From Eledone cirrhosa (taxonomy: Eukaryota): a DNA stretch of 64,000 nucleotides. The notes beneath the pieces are model-generated. The model saw only the letters and a program-made list of their open reading frames with translations, ran no database searches and was not told where the DNA came from. The stretch's first letter is position 1. Every line of letters begins with the position of its first letter. Positions 27,941 to 41,994 of this stretch are shown piece after piece. The position numbers were made by a program, and so were the translations under genes. The DNA lies in contig OZ024749.1 of NCBI GenBank assembly GCA_964016885.1, positions 27,838,001 to 27,902,000 of the forward strand, read 5' to 3'.

Positions 27941-28210
27941 CCTCTTCAGTGCAGTAGATGAGATAATTTGTCCTAACATGTTTGGACTCTTTTCCAACAG
28001 TTAATAACTTCAAAGTTATGAAATAGTTTCCAAAAGTTCATAACTTTACAGCTAGATGGGGTTACTAGTTTATTGATGTGACATTTGTCAATCATTCAGA
28101 TATGTGTTGTTAATAAATATTTGTTAAAAAAAATAGTCATTTTACTGAAAAAACAAACAAACCTGGCACAGCAACTGTAGCTGTGTAAAACATATGCAGC
28201 AGTCAACAGG
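27941..28210. mobile_element. piggyBac-like MITE inserted into a minisatellite
   Basis: TTAA-CCTCTTCAGTGCAG ... CAGCAGTCAACAGG-TTAA; splits a 'tagtttaagacat' unit of the 27760-28330 repeat. Confidence 0.65.
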
Positions 28211-28619
28211 TTAAGACATAATTAGTTAAGACAAGCCATAAGTATTTTAAGCCAGATATATCAATAGTGGTTTAAGACATGTCATAACTAGTTTACAACA
28301 TGTCATAAGTAGTTTAAGTCAGATATTATTACTGTGTTATATTTTCTGCCCCTACTTCATTCCCCGATTTGTTATTTCATAATATTTCATTAATGAACAA
28401 AATGACATCACCAGGATTCCCAACACATTGGAGAAATCTGACAGTGATCCCTAGAGATCAACACTCCCCTTGGGGTAAGGGGACTATTTAGTTTAATAAC
28501 TCCCATATTAGTAATCTAGTTATTTCATCTGACACCAGGAAGTTATAATACATGAAGTGGATGTGGGAATCTGGTAGTTCTCCACATAAGATCATCATTA
28601 TCATCAACAATACCATCCT

Positions 28620-29008
28620 CCTCTTCATCTCCCACCACCACCACCACAATTCTCCTCTTCCCCACTACTACCAACAACAACACCAGTAACAATAACATCA
28701 ACAGTAACAACACCAACATCAACAGTAGTAACAACAACAACCATGACTGCAATGACAACAACAATAATAAGCTACAGCAACGACGGCAACAACAACGGCC
28801 ACAACAACCACAATAGCAATGACAGCAACATCAACAACAGCAAGAACCAAAACATCAACAACAGCAATAACATCAACAACACCAATGACATCAGCAGCAA
28901 CGGCAACAGCAGCAATAACCACAACAGCAATGCCAACAGCAATAACCACAACAGCAACGCCAACAGCAATAACCACATCAACAGCACCAACAACAACAAC
29001 AACAACAC
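28620..29008. repeat. (CAA/CAG/CAC)n trinucleotide tract
   Basis: Direct inspection. Confidence 0.9.
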
Positions 29009-29350
29009 TTGCAAGAGTAATAATTTGTTTGATTCAACTTTGAAAGAATTAGAAAGTTTTTTTTTTCATTCAAGTGAAGAATTTGTAAGGGAAATACAGA
29101 GGGGTGTGTAGAGAGCAGGCAGGGGTGGGGTGCTATGGCAGGAAATTGAGGGCACACAGATTAAAGTGACAGAAATAGGGGCTTGGTGTGTTGGTGTGTG
29201 TTGATTAGAAAACAACTGATGCAAAAGATCATTGGTTGTTAATTAGTGGAAGTAATCAGCACCATTATCGGAAGAAATATCACAAGAATTAGAGCAACAT
29301 CATCAACATCAACATCATCATCATCATCATTGTCACTATTATTATTATTA

Positions 29351-29920
29351 AGGATGGTGAATTGGCAGAATTGGTAGAGCGTCAGACAAAATGTGATTTT
29401 CTACGTTCTGAGTTCAAATCCTGCCCGAGGTTAACTTTGCCTTTCATCTTTATGGGGTCAATAAAATAAAGTACCAGTAACACACTGGGGTCGATTTAAT
29501 CAATTTTCCCCTCCCTTCGAATTGTTGGCCTTGTGCCTAAATTAGAAATGTCGTTTGGCAGTATCGGTAGAGAATCAGACACCATGCTTTGCAGCATAGA
29601 GCTATGGCCCTTTACGTTCTGAGTTCAAATCCGCTGAGGTTAACTTTGCCTTTCATCCTTATGGGGGTTGATAAAATAAAGTACCAGTAATGCACTGGGT
29701 AATTGCTGGCCTTGTGCCAAAAGTAGAAACAATTATTATTATTATTATTATTATTATTAAGGGCAAAGGATTGGCAGTGAGTTAATTCCCACCAATGTTA
29801 GCTTTACCTATCATCCTCACAGGATTGATAAAATAAAGTTAATAATGCATTGGTGTTGATTTAATCAACTTTCTTTGCCCCCAAAATTGCTGGCCTTGTG
29901 CCTAAATCAGAAACCATTAT
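29351..29920 (+). mobile_element. Three tandem family A SINEs
   Basis: A box tggcagaattgg / tggcagtatcgg, B box gagttcaaatcc, Nin-like domain, (ATT)n tails. Confidence 0.9.
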
Positions 29921-30555
29921 TATCATCATCATCATCATCATCTTCATTATCTATGAATCCTGTAGACCACCACCTGGCAACATGGATGCCTTTAGTGGAG
30001 ACCACTCTAACCTATTGCAAACACTTAGGCTAGCCCAGCATTCTGGTTTGAGGGTAGCTTCCTTCCTTTCACCACAACTGGAGGCATTGAAAAAAAGGGC
30101 TACTGGACATAGCCCTTCCCTCCCAGGAAAATAAATAGATACAATAAAAAAGAGAAAAACCAAAAGAAAAAACATACAAACAAAACTAAAATAAAATATA
30201 ATTAAATGAAATGTACAGCCTGTCTGTGAGTTGGATTCCCATAGGTGACTATGTCCCCTTTTATACATCTCTAGGGGTTTACATGTCCAACTTGTTCAGC
30301 TATTTTATAGTCAAACATGCGTTGTTGCAGCTTACAATAAGCTAACACAATTTGAAACTTGAAATTTACTCAACATTTTGTAAAATGTTAGTTTATTTGT
30401 TTACATCTCATGGCTGATAGATAAGACTTTGAAATGTCAGTTAAGTTGTCAGTACCACTTTGGTGTAATGATAACACATCTGTCTGACATACAGCAAGCA
30501 GATGTGAGTTTGGTCCTCACAGGTGACACTGTCCAGTTTTTTTCTGTCTGTAGGG

Positions 30556-30723
30556 CAGGCATGGGCAACATTTTTCGAGCAGTGGGCCACATAGGATGTG
30601 TGTAGCTCATCATAAGGTGGTCACACTACTAAAAAAATCCAAGGCAATTTTGAAATTAGACGTGTCATTCAGAAAGCTAAACAGGCCACATGCAGCTTGA
30701 GGTCCACAGTTTGCCCATGACTG
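30556..30723. mobile_element. hAT (Charlie-like) MITE
   Basis: TIRs caggcatgggcaa / ttgcccatgactg; flanks ctgtaggg / acctagcg share the central TAG; inverted homolog at 41995. Confidence 0.75.
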
Positions 30724-30737
30724 ACCTAGCGGTTTAT

Positions 30738-31068
30738 ATGTCCAACTTGTCCAATTATTTTATAGTTGAACCTGCATTGTAGCAGCTTGTAATGAGCTGA
30801 TACAGTTTCATAAGTGGGATTATGCCCAGCTTGGTCAATTGTTTTATAGTTGAACCTGCATTGCAGCAGCTTGTAATGAGCTGACACAGTTTCATAAGTG
30901 GGATTATGCCCAGCTTGGTCAATTGTTTTATAGTTGAATATGCATTGCAGCAGCTTGTAATGAGCTGACAGTTTCATAAGTGGGATTATGCCCAGCTTGG
31001 TCAATTGTTTTATAGTTGAACCTGCATTGTAGCAGCTTGTAATGAGCTGACACAGTTTCATAAGTGAG
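30738..31068. repeat. Tandem repeat of 82-84 bp, about 4 copies
   Basis: cccagcttggtcaattg at 30825, 30909, 30991; diverged copy near 30285-30355. Confidence 0.9.
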
Positions 31069-31714
31069 ATTCATTGAACACTTCATAAAACAAAGAATAT
31101 TTAATTCTATTGAACAGCTTTAAGGAAATATGTGAGGTTATGGCAGAAGAATGCGTGGAATGTCAATTTAAGACATCCCGAAACAGCAACAATGTGATTC
31201 CAATTACTTAAATATAAGAGGAAGTTACCAAATTTAGAGGGTGTATGTGTGTTTGTGTGTGTAAAAAAGATAGGAGAGAGTAGAAGAAAGAAGTGGAAAG
31301 GGGTGGAGTCCTTCCTAACCTTCTCTCCCCTCCAAAACATCTTCCCCTTTCTCCCCCACTACTGTTTCCAACAAATGTGGATCATGTTGGGAGATGTCTG
31401 TTGGGGAGGGGGATCTGGAAGAGGGGGAGAGGGGAGGGCGGTGTTGTGATGAGGAATGGATTAAGGTTATGATGACAGATAATCCTTAAATATCAACCTC
31501 ACCAAATTCTACAACAACAACGATAACAACGGCACCAATGACAGCAACAACATAAGAACCAACACCCCACTACCACCAACAACAATCACACCCCCCAACC
31601 ATCACCACAACAGCAACAAAAACATAACAAGAAGCCCCCCCCCACCACCATCAACAACAATCACACCACCAACCATCACCCCACCACCAACAACATAACA
31701 ACAACCATTCACCA

Positions 31715-33542
31715 CCAACAACAATCACAACACCACCACTAACATCAACAACAACAATCACAACACCACCACTAACATCAACAACAACAATCACAACACC
31801 ACCACTAACATCAACAACAACAATCACAACACCACCACTAACATCAACAACAACAATCACAGCACCACCACTAACATCAACAACAACAATCACAACACCA
31901 CCACTAACATCAACAACAACAATCACAACAACACCACCAACACCAACAACAACAATCACAACAACACCACCAACACCAACAACAACAATCACAACAACAC
32001 CACCAACACCAACAACAACAATCACAGCACCACCACTAACATCAACAACAACAATCACAACAACACCACCAACATCAACAACAACAATCACAACAACACC
32101 ACCAACATCAACAACAACAATCACAGCACCACCACTAACATCAACAACAACAATCACAACACCACCACCAACATCAACAACAATCACAACACCACCACTA
32201 ACATCAACAACAATCACAACACCACCACTAACATCAACAACAACAATCACAGCACCACCACTAACATCAACAACAACAATCACAGCACCACCACCAACAT
32301 CAACAACAACAATCACAACAACACCACCAACATCAACAACAACAATCACAACACCACCAACATCAACAACAACAATCACAACACCACCACTAACATCAAC
32401 AACAACAATCACAACAACACCACCAACATCAACAACAACAATCACAACAACACCACCAACATCAACAACAACAATCACAGCACCACCACTAACATCAACA
32501 ACAACAATCACAACACCACCACCAACATCAACAACAATCACAGCACCACCACTAACATCAACAACAATCACAACACCACCACTAACATCAACAACAACAA
32601 TCACAGCACCACCACTAACATCAACAACAACAATCACAACAACACCACCAACATCAACAACAACAATCACAACAACACCACCAACATCAACAACAACAAT
32701 CACAGCACCACCACTAACATCAACAACAACAATCACAACACCACCACCAACATCAACAACAATCACAGCACCACCACTAACATCAACAACAATCACAACA
32801 CCACCACTAACATCAACAACAACAATCACAGCACCACCACTAACATCAACAACAACAATCACAACACCACCACTAACATCAACAACAACAATCACAGCAC
32901 CACCACTAACATCAACAACAACAATCACAGCACCACCACTAACATCAACAACAACAATCACAACACCACCACTAACATCAACAACAACAATCACAACACC
33001 ACCACCAACATCAACAACAACAATCACAACACCACCACTAACATCAACAACAACAATCACAGCACCACCACTAACATCAACAACAACAATCACAACACCA
33101 CCACTAACATCAACAACAACAACCACAACACCACCACTAACATCAACAACAACAATCACAGCACCACCACTAACATCAACAACAACAATCACAACACCAC
33201 CACTAACATCAACAACAACAATCACAACACCACCACTAACATCAACAACAACAATCACAGCACCACCACTAACATCAACAACAACAATCACAGCACCACC
33301 ACCAACATCAACAACAACAATCACAACACCACCACTAACATCAACAACAACAATCACAACACCACCACTAACATCAACAACAACAATCACAGCACCACCA
33401 CTAACATCAACAACAACAATCACAGCACCACCACCAACATCAACAACAACAATCACAACACCACCACTAACATCAACAACAACAATCACAACAACACCAC
33501 TAACATCAACAACAACAATCACAACACCACCACCAACATCAG
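31715..33542. repeat. 27/30-bp minisatellite (acaacaatcacaacaccaccactaacatca)n, about 60 copies
   Basis: Direct inspection. Confidence 0.95.
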
Positions 33543-33698
33543 CAATGACAATTATAGAGAATTAAAGTATAATTCCTCAAAAAGTTAATTGAAGTCTCCC
33601 TCCCTCTCCTTCTCTGTAACCACACCACCCCACTACCATCTTAGAGAGTGATAGAGAGAAAGTCTACACCTTCCTCGTACAGCCACACCCCAACCTCT

Positions 33699-33736
<38 letters not shown>

Positions 33737-35032
33737 TCTCCACCCCCACCCCCGAAAGAAAGAAAGAGGGTGAGAGAGAAAGTTGCCTCACTCCAACCCT
33801 TCCGAGAAAGAGAGAGGGTGAGAGAGACGGGGTGTGAGAGAGAGGGGGTGTGAGAGGGGGGGTGAGAGGGGTGGTGGTGGTGAGAGAGAGAGGGTATGAG
33901 AGAGAGAGAGAGAGGGTGATACGGGGGGGTGAGAGAGGGCGTGTGCGAGGGTGTGTGCGAGAGAGAGGGTGAGAGAGGTGTGTGTGTGAGAGAGAGGGTG
34001 ATAGAGGGGGTGAGAGAGAGGGGGGTGAGAGGGTGTGTGTGAGTGAGAGAGAGGGTGATAGAGGGGGTGAGAGAGAGAGGGGGGTGAGAGGGTGTGTGTG
34101 AGAGAGAGGGTGATAGAGGGGGTGAGAGAGAGAGGGGGTGAGAGGGTGTGTGTGTGAGAGAGAGGGTGACAGAGAGTGTCTCTCAAAGGATGCAGTAATT
34201 TGAATCACATGACAGCTCAACTGAACATGGCAGTCATCATTCCCTTCTGTTTTGCCACGTCTTGGTGAGTAATATTGTCTTCCTTCCCAGCTGCTGATGG
34301 CACCACTGGTGGTGGTGGTGGTGCCACTGCTGCTGCAAGTGGTGCTGTTACTGCAGCTGCACGTGCTACTGGTGGTTGTGGTGCTGCTGTTGCTGCAGCT
34401 GGTTGTAGTGGTACTGCAGTTGCATGTGGTGGTGATGGTGCGGCCATTGCAAATGGTGCCGGCACCACTGCTATTTCTCTAGCTGCTGGTTGTGGTGGTG
34501 CCGTTGCAGGTGGTGTTAATGGTGGTGGTGCTGGTACCACTGTTGTTTCTGTTGCTGCTGATTCTGGTTGTGGTGGTGCTGCAGCAGGTGGTGGTGGTGT
34601 TGTTGCTGGTGGTGGTGGTACCACAGCTGCAGCTGCAAATGGTGCTAGTGCTGCTGCCATGTCTGTAGATGGATGCCGGATACTGAAGTTATGAATGGAT
34701 ATCTCCGACACGAACACCGACACCGACACAGACAGACACAGCTCAATACTTTATTACTTGGCACAGAACTTTCCTAAAACTGTTGCAGTTACTGCATTAT
34801 GAAACATCATGTATCCAATAGTATTGATATATGACTGAGTAGTTAGGCTGTTGTTCTCCTGGTGAGCCACAAAGTCATAGGTTTGATTCCTAGACCATGG
34901 TGCATTGTAGTCTTGCACAGGATCCTTCATTTCACATTGCTTCTCATGATAGAAGTGGGTCCCTATCATCAAAATGCCCAATGAAATACAACTATATAGG
35001 CCTGCTAAACCTACATAGATGTAAGCTATAAC

Positions 35033-35520
35033 AACATGATAGTACTGGGGGCCCTATCATTAAAACACTGAAGAAACAACTTATACAGGCTAGCTAAACC
35101 TATATAGCTGTGAGCCATAAACATGATAGGACTGGGGGCCCTTATCATTAAAACACCCAAGAAACCTATGAGATACAACCTTGTAAGAGGCCAGTTAAAC
35201 CTATATAGGTGTGAGCCATAAACATGATAGGACTGGGGGCCCTTATCATTAAAACACCCAAGAAACCTATGAGATGCAACCTTGTAAGAGGCCAGTTAAA
35301 CCTATATAGGTGTGAGCCATAAACATGATAGGACTGGGGGCCCTTATCATTAAAACACCCAAGAAACCTATAAGATGCAACCTTGTAAGAGGCCAGTTAA
35401 ACCTATATAGGTGTGAGCCATAAACATGATAGGACTGGGGGCCCTTATCATTAAAACACCCAAGAAACCTATAAGATGCAACCTTGTAAGAGGCCAGTTA
35501 AACCTATAAAGTTTTGAGCT
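35033..35520. repeat. 101-bp tandem repeat containing a SINE B hairpin
   Basis: aacatgataggactggggg at 35120, 35221, 35322, 35423. Confidence 0.9.
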
Positions 35521-36530
35521 ATTTTCCAACATATCCTTACATCATTTTCAAAGTTACAGCAGTTTTTCTTAATATTATATGGAAAAAATAAACCTTGTGT
35601 TATGTCAGCTGACTCAACTTTACGTCAGTCTGACAAAATATTAAACTATAAATAACACTAAAAAAACACAATGAAAATCTATAAGATAATATACAGCATA
35701 AAGTACTGTAGTGTATTATAATGTATAAAATCATTTGGTAGTTTATAGAAAGGTTAATTCGACATTCATCATTTTTCGACTTAATTCTTAACTTCTGGAA
35801 CCAATTAACCATGCAGGGTGAGGTGTATGTGTGTGTGTATGTATATATACACACACATATATATATATACATATATATATATAATACCTAGGGCTAAGTT
35901 TTCCAACAAGTCCTTCCTCATTTAAAATATGGTGTGATTTGAGGGAGATTTAACTGCCATCTCTAACAGGGTCAAATAGCTGCATAGGGGGCTATCTTTA
36001 TTGGCTCAGCCCACCACCAGAGTGTGAGTGGTACAGTAAAAAACAGAAGAGAAAGTGGGTGGAGCTGAAGTATATAGAATAAGGTCACATGATAGTTTGG
36101 TGTAACTCTAAATATAGGAAGTGAAAATATTAAAAGAGACAATGTCTCTATAGCAATAGAAAGGAAGAACAACAGCAATAATAATAGTAATAATAACTAG
36201 TATTGTTTTGGTGGTACTGAGGAAATCATATGATAGAGACCAATTGTTAAAAAATATGTCTATTAAAAAATGTCTATTTAGAAAGTTCTTATTCCTTTTC
36301 ACTATAATCATTGCCTCTCTAAACTAATGGATCTGTTCAATATATCTGGTAGATGTATGTCTAACAGATCTGTTTTATCATGGCACCACCATTATTTTAT
36401 ATAAGAACCATATGTTAAATTACTATCTTAATAAAGAATTAATAAATATCTTTGGTAAACCTCTTTAAGTTCTTTATTAATTAATTGAAATAAAGTGTGT
36501 CATTTAAAAATATGGTAATGAAAGGGTTAA

Positions 36531-37087
36531 CCTTTAGTATTTACATTACTGTGGAGGCACATGGCTTAGTGGTTAGAGCATTTGCCTTGCAATCGAAAGG
36601 TTGTGAGTTCAATTCTCAGACCGGGTGATGTGTTGTTTCCTTGAGCAAGACACTTTATTTCACATTGCTCCAGTTTACTCAGCTGTAGAAATGAGATGAT
36701 AGAGACTGGGGTCCCTATCATTCCACTGCAAAGTGGTCGTGGAGGTGCCACGGCAAAAAAGCACCCAGCACTCACTGTGAAATGAGGTTGGTGTTAGGAA
36801 GGGCATCCAGCTGTAGAAATCAAGCCAGAATCAGTTCCCGTCCCACCCTTGCAAGCAGGGAAAAAGCGGACATAAAATGAAATGAAAAATGATGATGATT
36901 ACTCTATATTTACTATTATATTTTCATGGGAAAGGCTTTACCTCACATAATATCAAATCTATGAGATTTTGATATTGATTTTGAGAAAAATACCTTAACA
37001 TCAGTATGTGTCGCCAGTTACAGCTGGTTTGAACAGAAAGAGGTGAGAGAGTTCTGTCCGGAAATGGTTGGCTTAAATGCTAAAAGG
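36531..37087. mobile_element. piggyBac-like MITE interrupted by SINE B
   Basis: TTAA at 36527 and 37088; body matches 18188-18425. Confidence 0.8.
36551..36897 (+). mobile_element. Full-length SINE family B with 6-bp TSD ATTACT
   Basis: ATTACT at 36545-36550 and 36898-36903; single ATTACT in the empty MITE at 18188. Confidence 0.92.
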
Positions 37088-37543
37088 TTAATAAACAACA
37101 CAAGTCCTTTTCACAAGGACCACACTTAAAGCTCTTAGAGGCCCCAGGCTCAAGAAAAGAATGTACCCCAGTACAGTTAATACCATCATTTGGAGGAGGG
37201 ATACCTGAAATGTATCCCGGTATAGTATAGTGTTATTTAGTACTGCTAGTACCATCTTCAGGATGAGGGGTACCTGAAATATATCCCAGTACAGTGTAGT
37301 GCCATCTAGTACATTGCAGTGCTATATAGTCCAGTAGGTGTCACCCAGTACAGTGTAGTGTCAGCTAGTACAGTACAGTGTCATCCAGCACAGGTAGTAC
37401 CATTCAGGAGGTGGGGGTCTTGCCCCCTCACTTTCTTTAGGCCCCTATTTCAACCATCTTACTGCCAACTGGGAATAACTGATCTACTTCAAATGTACTC
37501 CAGCATCAAAGAATCAAAAGTAACTGATTCTCCCCCTACCCTG

Positions 37544-37594
<51 letters not shown>

Positions 37595-37674
37595 CATATA
37601 TATATATAATCATCATCATCATTTTACGTCCGCTCTTCCCTGCTTGCATATATTTACATATACATATATATTTA

Positions 37675-37900
37675 CATGCTCACCGACATCCAGAGTTGAC
37701 ATTGCACTCAGTGCTCCTTTGGGAGCCCCTACATGGACACACTAGAAGAGGAAGACCAAGGTTAACATATGTTGATGCCCTAAGGACAGACACTGGTCTG
37801 TTGGAGATGCAGGATATGGCAGCGATGATGAGGGACAGAGACCGCTGGAGAGAGCTCGTCCATGGATCTCGGGAATTTTACCCGCCTTAGATAGATAGAT
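37675..37900 (+). mobile_element. RTE-clade LINE 3' end with (ATAG)n tail
   Basis: HRHPELTLHSVLLWEPLHGHTRRGRPRLTYVDALRTDTGL...MMRDRDRWRELV. Confidence 0.85.
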
Positions 37901-37923
37901 ATATATATAATATATATATTTAC

Positions 37924-37962
<39 letters not shown>

Positions 37963-38037
37963 TATATATATAAATATTTACTTCGGTTTCAACGTTTTTG
38001 AAATATTTACTTCAGCGTTCACAGATTGACTTTTTTA

Positions 38038-38105
38038 GTTTCAGAAGATCCCGTTAAGGGTGAAAGCAGCGATTCTTTGCTTAAACTTTAATCTGTTATT
38101 TTAAT
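38038..38105 (+). repeat. Second copy of the 7901-7968 repeat
   Basis: cagaagatcccgttaagggtgaaagcagcgattctttgc. Confidence 0.7.
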
Positions 38106-38131
38106 AAATATAAATATTTACATATAGATAT

Positions 38132-38563
38132 ATCATCATCATCACCGTTTTACATCCGTTCTTCCATGCTAGCATGGGTTAGACAGGTTGTCCTGCTGTG
38201 GGCAATGTCCGGTCGGCTGACCGTGTCTTGCTCATACAGGAACTGATTCTGGCTTGATTTCTACAGCTGGATGCCCTTCCTAACACCAACCTCATTTACA
38301 GTGAGTGCTGGGTGCTTTTTTGCCGTGGCGCCTACACATCCACTTTACAGTGTGGGTTGGGTGCTTTTTTGCCGTGGCACCTCCACAACCACTTTGCAGT
38401 GGGATGATAGGGACCCCAGTCCTATCATCTCATTTATACAGCTGAGTAAACTGGAGCAACGTGAAATAAAGTGTCTTGCTCAAGCAAACAACACACCACT
38501 CGGTCCGAGAATTGAACTCACAACCTTTCAATTGTAAGCCCAATGATCTAACCACTAAGCCAT
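38132..38563 (-). mobile_element. SINE family B, long variant, with TSD of about 19 bp
   Basis: atataaatatttacatata at 38108-38126 and 38562-38580. Confidence 0.9.
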
Positions 38564-39261
38564 ATAAATATTTACATATACATATATATATATTTACACA
38601 CACACACACATATATATATATATATGATGATGATGATGATGATTCATATATATTTGCACAAACACACATATATATATATATATACACTCACACACACAAA
38701 CATAGTCTGTAGGCACATTCCAGTATGCTATACTATTTGGTATTCCTGTCTCCCCTGCCTACACACACATACATACAGAAACACACACACATATACATAA
38801 ACACATACATAAACCCACCAATTATGTGCGAGTGTGTGGATGTGTATGCATGTGTCTGTGTGAGTGTGAGTACGTGAGTGTGTGTGTGCATGTGTCTTTT
38901 ACACCCTTTACTCTTCCCACCCTACCTTACTAACATCTTCAAAAGCTTGACTAAATAACTCTACTCTTGATTCATTACCAAACTCTGTTGATTGCTTTCA
39001 ACCAGCAATTCCACACCTGACAGGTATATAAAGGGTAGGAAAATGATCTTTGGAAAAGACTTTGAAAAATATTCTTTATAAATAAATACATAAATAAATA
39101 AATAAATAAAACTGTTACTTAACTCATAACATCCTGTAATGATTTAGAAGAATATATCTAAAAACATAGTTTGTTAATTTAAATGTTTATAGTATCTTTA
39201 CTATTGGACAGACCATTATGAACATTTTCAGAAAATATTTTAATATTTAATGTGGGCAGTC

Positions 39262-39451
39262 ATAATTGTTTCCCCGTTTGGCACAAGGCCAGAAATTACC
39301 CAGAGCATTACTGGTACTTTATTTTATTGACCCCGTAAGGATGAAAGGCAAAGTTAATCTCGGCGGGATTTGAACTCAGAATGGCAAGGGCCGTAACTCT
39401 ATGCGTTAAAGCATAGCGTCCGACCCTCTACCGATGCTGCCAATCCACCGC
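39262..39451 (-). mobile_element. Full-length family A SINE inserted in a TTAA MITE
   Basis: Matches 16341-16530; splits the 'cagtcata..ctgttttgta' MITE motif. Confidence 0.9.
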
Positions 39452-40215
39452 TGTTTTGTACTTTTCAAGAATATCTTACTTATGTAGTTTCATGGGATTT
39501 GTTAATTCAAATGTTTATAGTATCTTTACTAGTGGACAGATCATTGTGGAAATTTGATGTTTTAGAGTAAAAACTTTAATATGTAATATGATGTAGTCAT
39601 AGTGCTGTTTTGTACTTTTCAAGAATGTCTTGCTAATGTGGTTTCATTAGTGAACAGATTGTGGAAATTTCCAGTAAGCTAAAATAAAGAAGTCTTGCTA
39701 ATGTGGTTTCATGTGGTTTGTTAATTCAAATATTTATAATATCTATACAAGTGGACAGTTCATTGTAAACATTTCCAGTATTAGAGTAATGACTTCAATT
39801 TTTTAAATGATGCAGCCATAGTGTGGTTTTGTACTTTTTAAGAATGTCTTTGCTAATGTGGATTCATGTGGTACAGGACATTAAGCATTAAACATGTACT
39901 ATGATAGTGTGTCTAAAATATAGTCTTGAGTGAAATATTACTGCAATTGGCTGCCATGCATGTTCCCTTGCTCCTTCTACCCTTTTTTCATTATCTCACT
40001 TTTTTTCTCCTCTGCCCCCTTTTTATTTCCCATATCTACTTATTTATCATTCCAATTTTTAACCCTCTCCTCACTGTATTTCTAATAAAATTCACTACAA
40101 TTCAATTAATTAATGAAGAATTTTGAGGAATTTACTAAAAATCATTAATTATTTCCTTACTAAGGTAGTAACTTAACTTATGGTTCTTATATAAAATTAT
40201 GTTAGAATATCTTAA

Positions 40216-40403
40216 CTCTTTACTATTCAAACCGGCCAGAATCGTCTCACCTTTTTATGTTCAAACCATTCATAACTGGCTGCTCATACTGATGTTAAGG
40301 TATTGTTCTCAAAATAAATAACAACAAAACCTCATAGATTCGATATTATGTGAGATAATTATGTAAGATAAAGTCTTTACCACAAAAATACAATACTAAA
40401 GGG
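40216..40403. mobile_element. piggyBac-like MITE, inverted relative to 18188
   Basis: TTAA-CTCTTT ... AAAGGG-TTAA; catagattcgatattatgtgagataa. Confidence 0.75.
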
Positions 40404-40425
40404 TTAAATAGAACCTTTTTAAAAT

Positions 40426-40557
40426 GTATATTCTTGTTTTGTTGACCCTAAGAAGGCATATGACTGCGTTCCTTGGGACCTGCTGTGAGAGGTTGTGCAG
40501 GAGTATGGGATTGATGGTCAGCTTCTTGCTGCCTTGATGTCTCTATACGAATGCCTG
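40426..40557 (+). pseudogene. Reverse transcriptase fragment of an RTE-clade LINE
   Basis: VYSCFVDPKKAYDCVPWDLL*EVVQEYGIDGQLLAALMSLYE matches the non-LTR RT motif CFVDLEKAYDRVP...EYG. Confidence 0.85.
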
Positions 40558-40829
40558 AGTATGTGTTTGAGAGAAAGAGAGAAAGAAGAATTTTGAAGAA
40601 TTTAATAAAATCATTAACTTAACTTAACTTATGGTTCTTATATAAAATTATGTTAGAATATTTTAACTTAGATAGGATCCCTTTAAAATGAGTGGATCTA
40701 TGTTGTAGAACCAGAGCTGGTTTTGGGTGGGTATCAAAAGGGTTAATACTTTTATTATTGATTATTTCTGATCAATAATAAATATTGATTTTATATTTTT
40801 ATGAGACAAACTTTCCTTCAAACACTGCA

Positions 40830-41330
40830 GAGTGAAGAATTAGATGTGTGTGATATCTTATTCTAATAATCTGGAGTGAAGTATTAGTTAAGTATTAGTT
40901 AAGAGTGAGATATCTTACTCTAATAATCTGGAGTGAAGTATTAGTTAAGAGTGAGATGTCTTACTCTAATAATCTGGAGTGAAGTATTAGTTAAGAGTGA
41001 GATGTCTTACTCTAATAACCTGGAGTAAAGAATTAGATGAGTGAGATATCTTACTCTAATAATGTGGAGTGAGCGTATTAGATGTGAGTGAGATCTCTTA
41101 CTCTAATAATCTGGAGTGAGTGTTTTAGATGTGAGTGAGATATCTTACTCTAATAATCTGGAGCGAAGAATTAGATATGAGTGAGATCTCTTACTCTAAT
41201 AATCTGGAGTGAAGAATTAGATGCGAGTGAGATCTCTTACTCTAATAATCTGGAATAAAGTATTAAGTGTATGTGTGTGTGTGTGTGATATTTCCCCATA
41301 AACAATCTGAAGTGAAGGATTAGATGTATG
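40830..41330. repeat. Minisatellite of about 44-46 bp
   Basis: gtgagatatcttactctaataatctggagtgaag repeated about 9 times. Confidence 0.9.
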
Positions 41331-41994
41331 AGTTTGAGTGTGTCTGTCTGCAAGTGTGTGCCTGTATTTGAGAGAGAGCAGGTGTGAGTGTGTGAGTATT
41401 AGTGACAGTGTTTGTGTGTATGAGTGTGTGACAATTGACTGCTGTTTCTAACAGGTCAAGTGACTGTTCACTTCAGTACACATCTATTTGTGGTTTTGTT
41501 GAAGTATTTTAATATGAAGCCCAGGATGTCTGCGGAAGGGTGGGACTGAAGGAGAGAGAGAGAGAGAGAGAGGGGTAAGAGGGAGGGATGGGGACAGGGA
41601 TGGAGAGAGGGAGAGGGAGAGAGGGAGGGAGGGAGAGAGGGAGGGAGGGAGAGAGAGGGAGAGGGAGAGAGAGGAGAGGGAGAGAGAGGGAGAGAGAGAG
41701 GAGAGGGAGAGAGAGAGGAGAGGGAGAGAGAGGGAAAGAGAGGAGAGGGAGAGAGAGGGAGAGAGAGAGAGAGAGAGACACACTTAAGATACTGTCTAAC
41801 TAATCACATGGTTCTCTTCTTCTTGTTCTTCATGGTTGACTGGTTTAATGGAAGAGAAGGCAGCCAGCTGTTAAACCAATTGTTCCCACACTCCCACCCA
41901 TGCCCTCCCCTACAGACATAAAATGGATGTAAAGTAAAGGAAACATTTTTTTTATTAAAAAAAAAACATTTAATCCATTTTTCCAACTGTAGAA

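Noticed and set aside
31651-33522. 623-aa Val/Gly ORF
   Set aside because: Antisense reading of a 30-bp minisatellite
34217-34729. Pro/Ala-rich and Gly/Ala-rich ORFs on opposite strands
   Set aside because: Degenerate GGT/GCT trinucleotide tract; no domain or splice evidence
36553-36625. tRNA gene
   Set aside because: tRNA-like head of a SINE, continuous with core, tail and TSD
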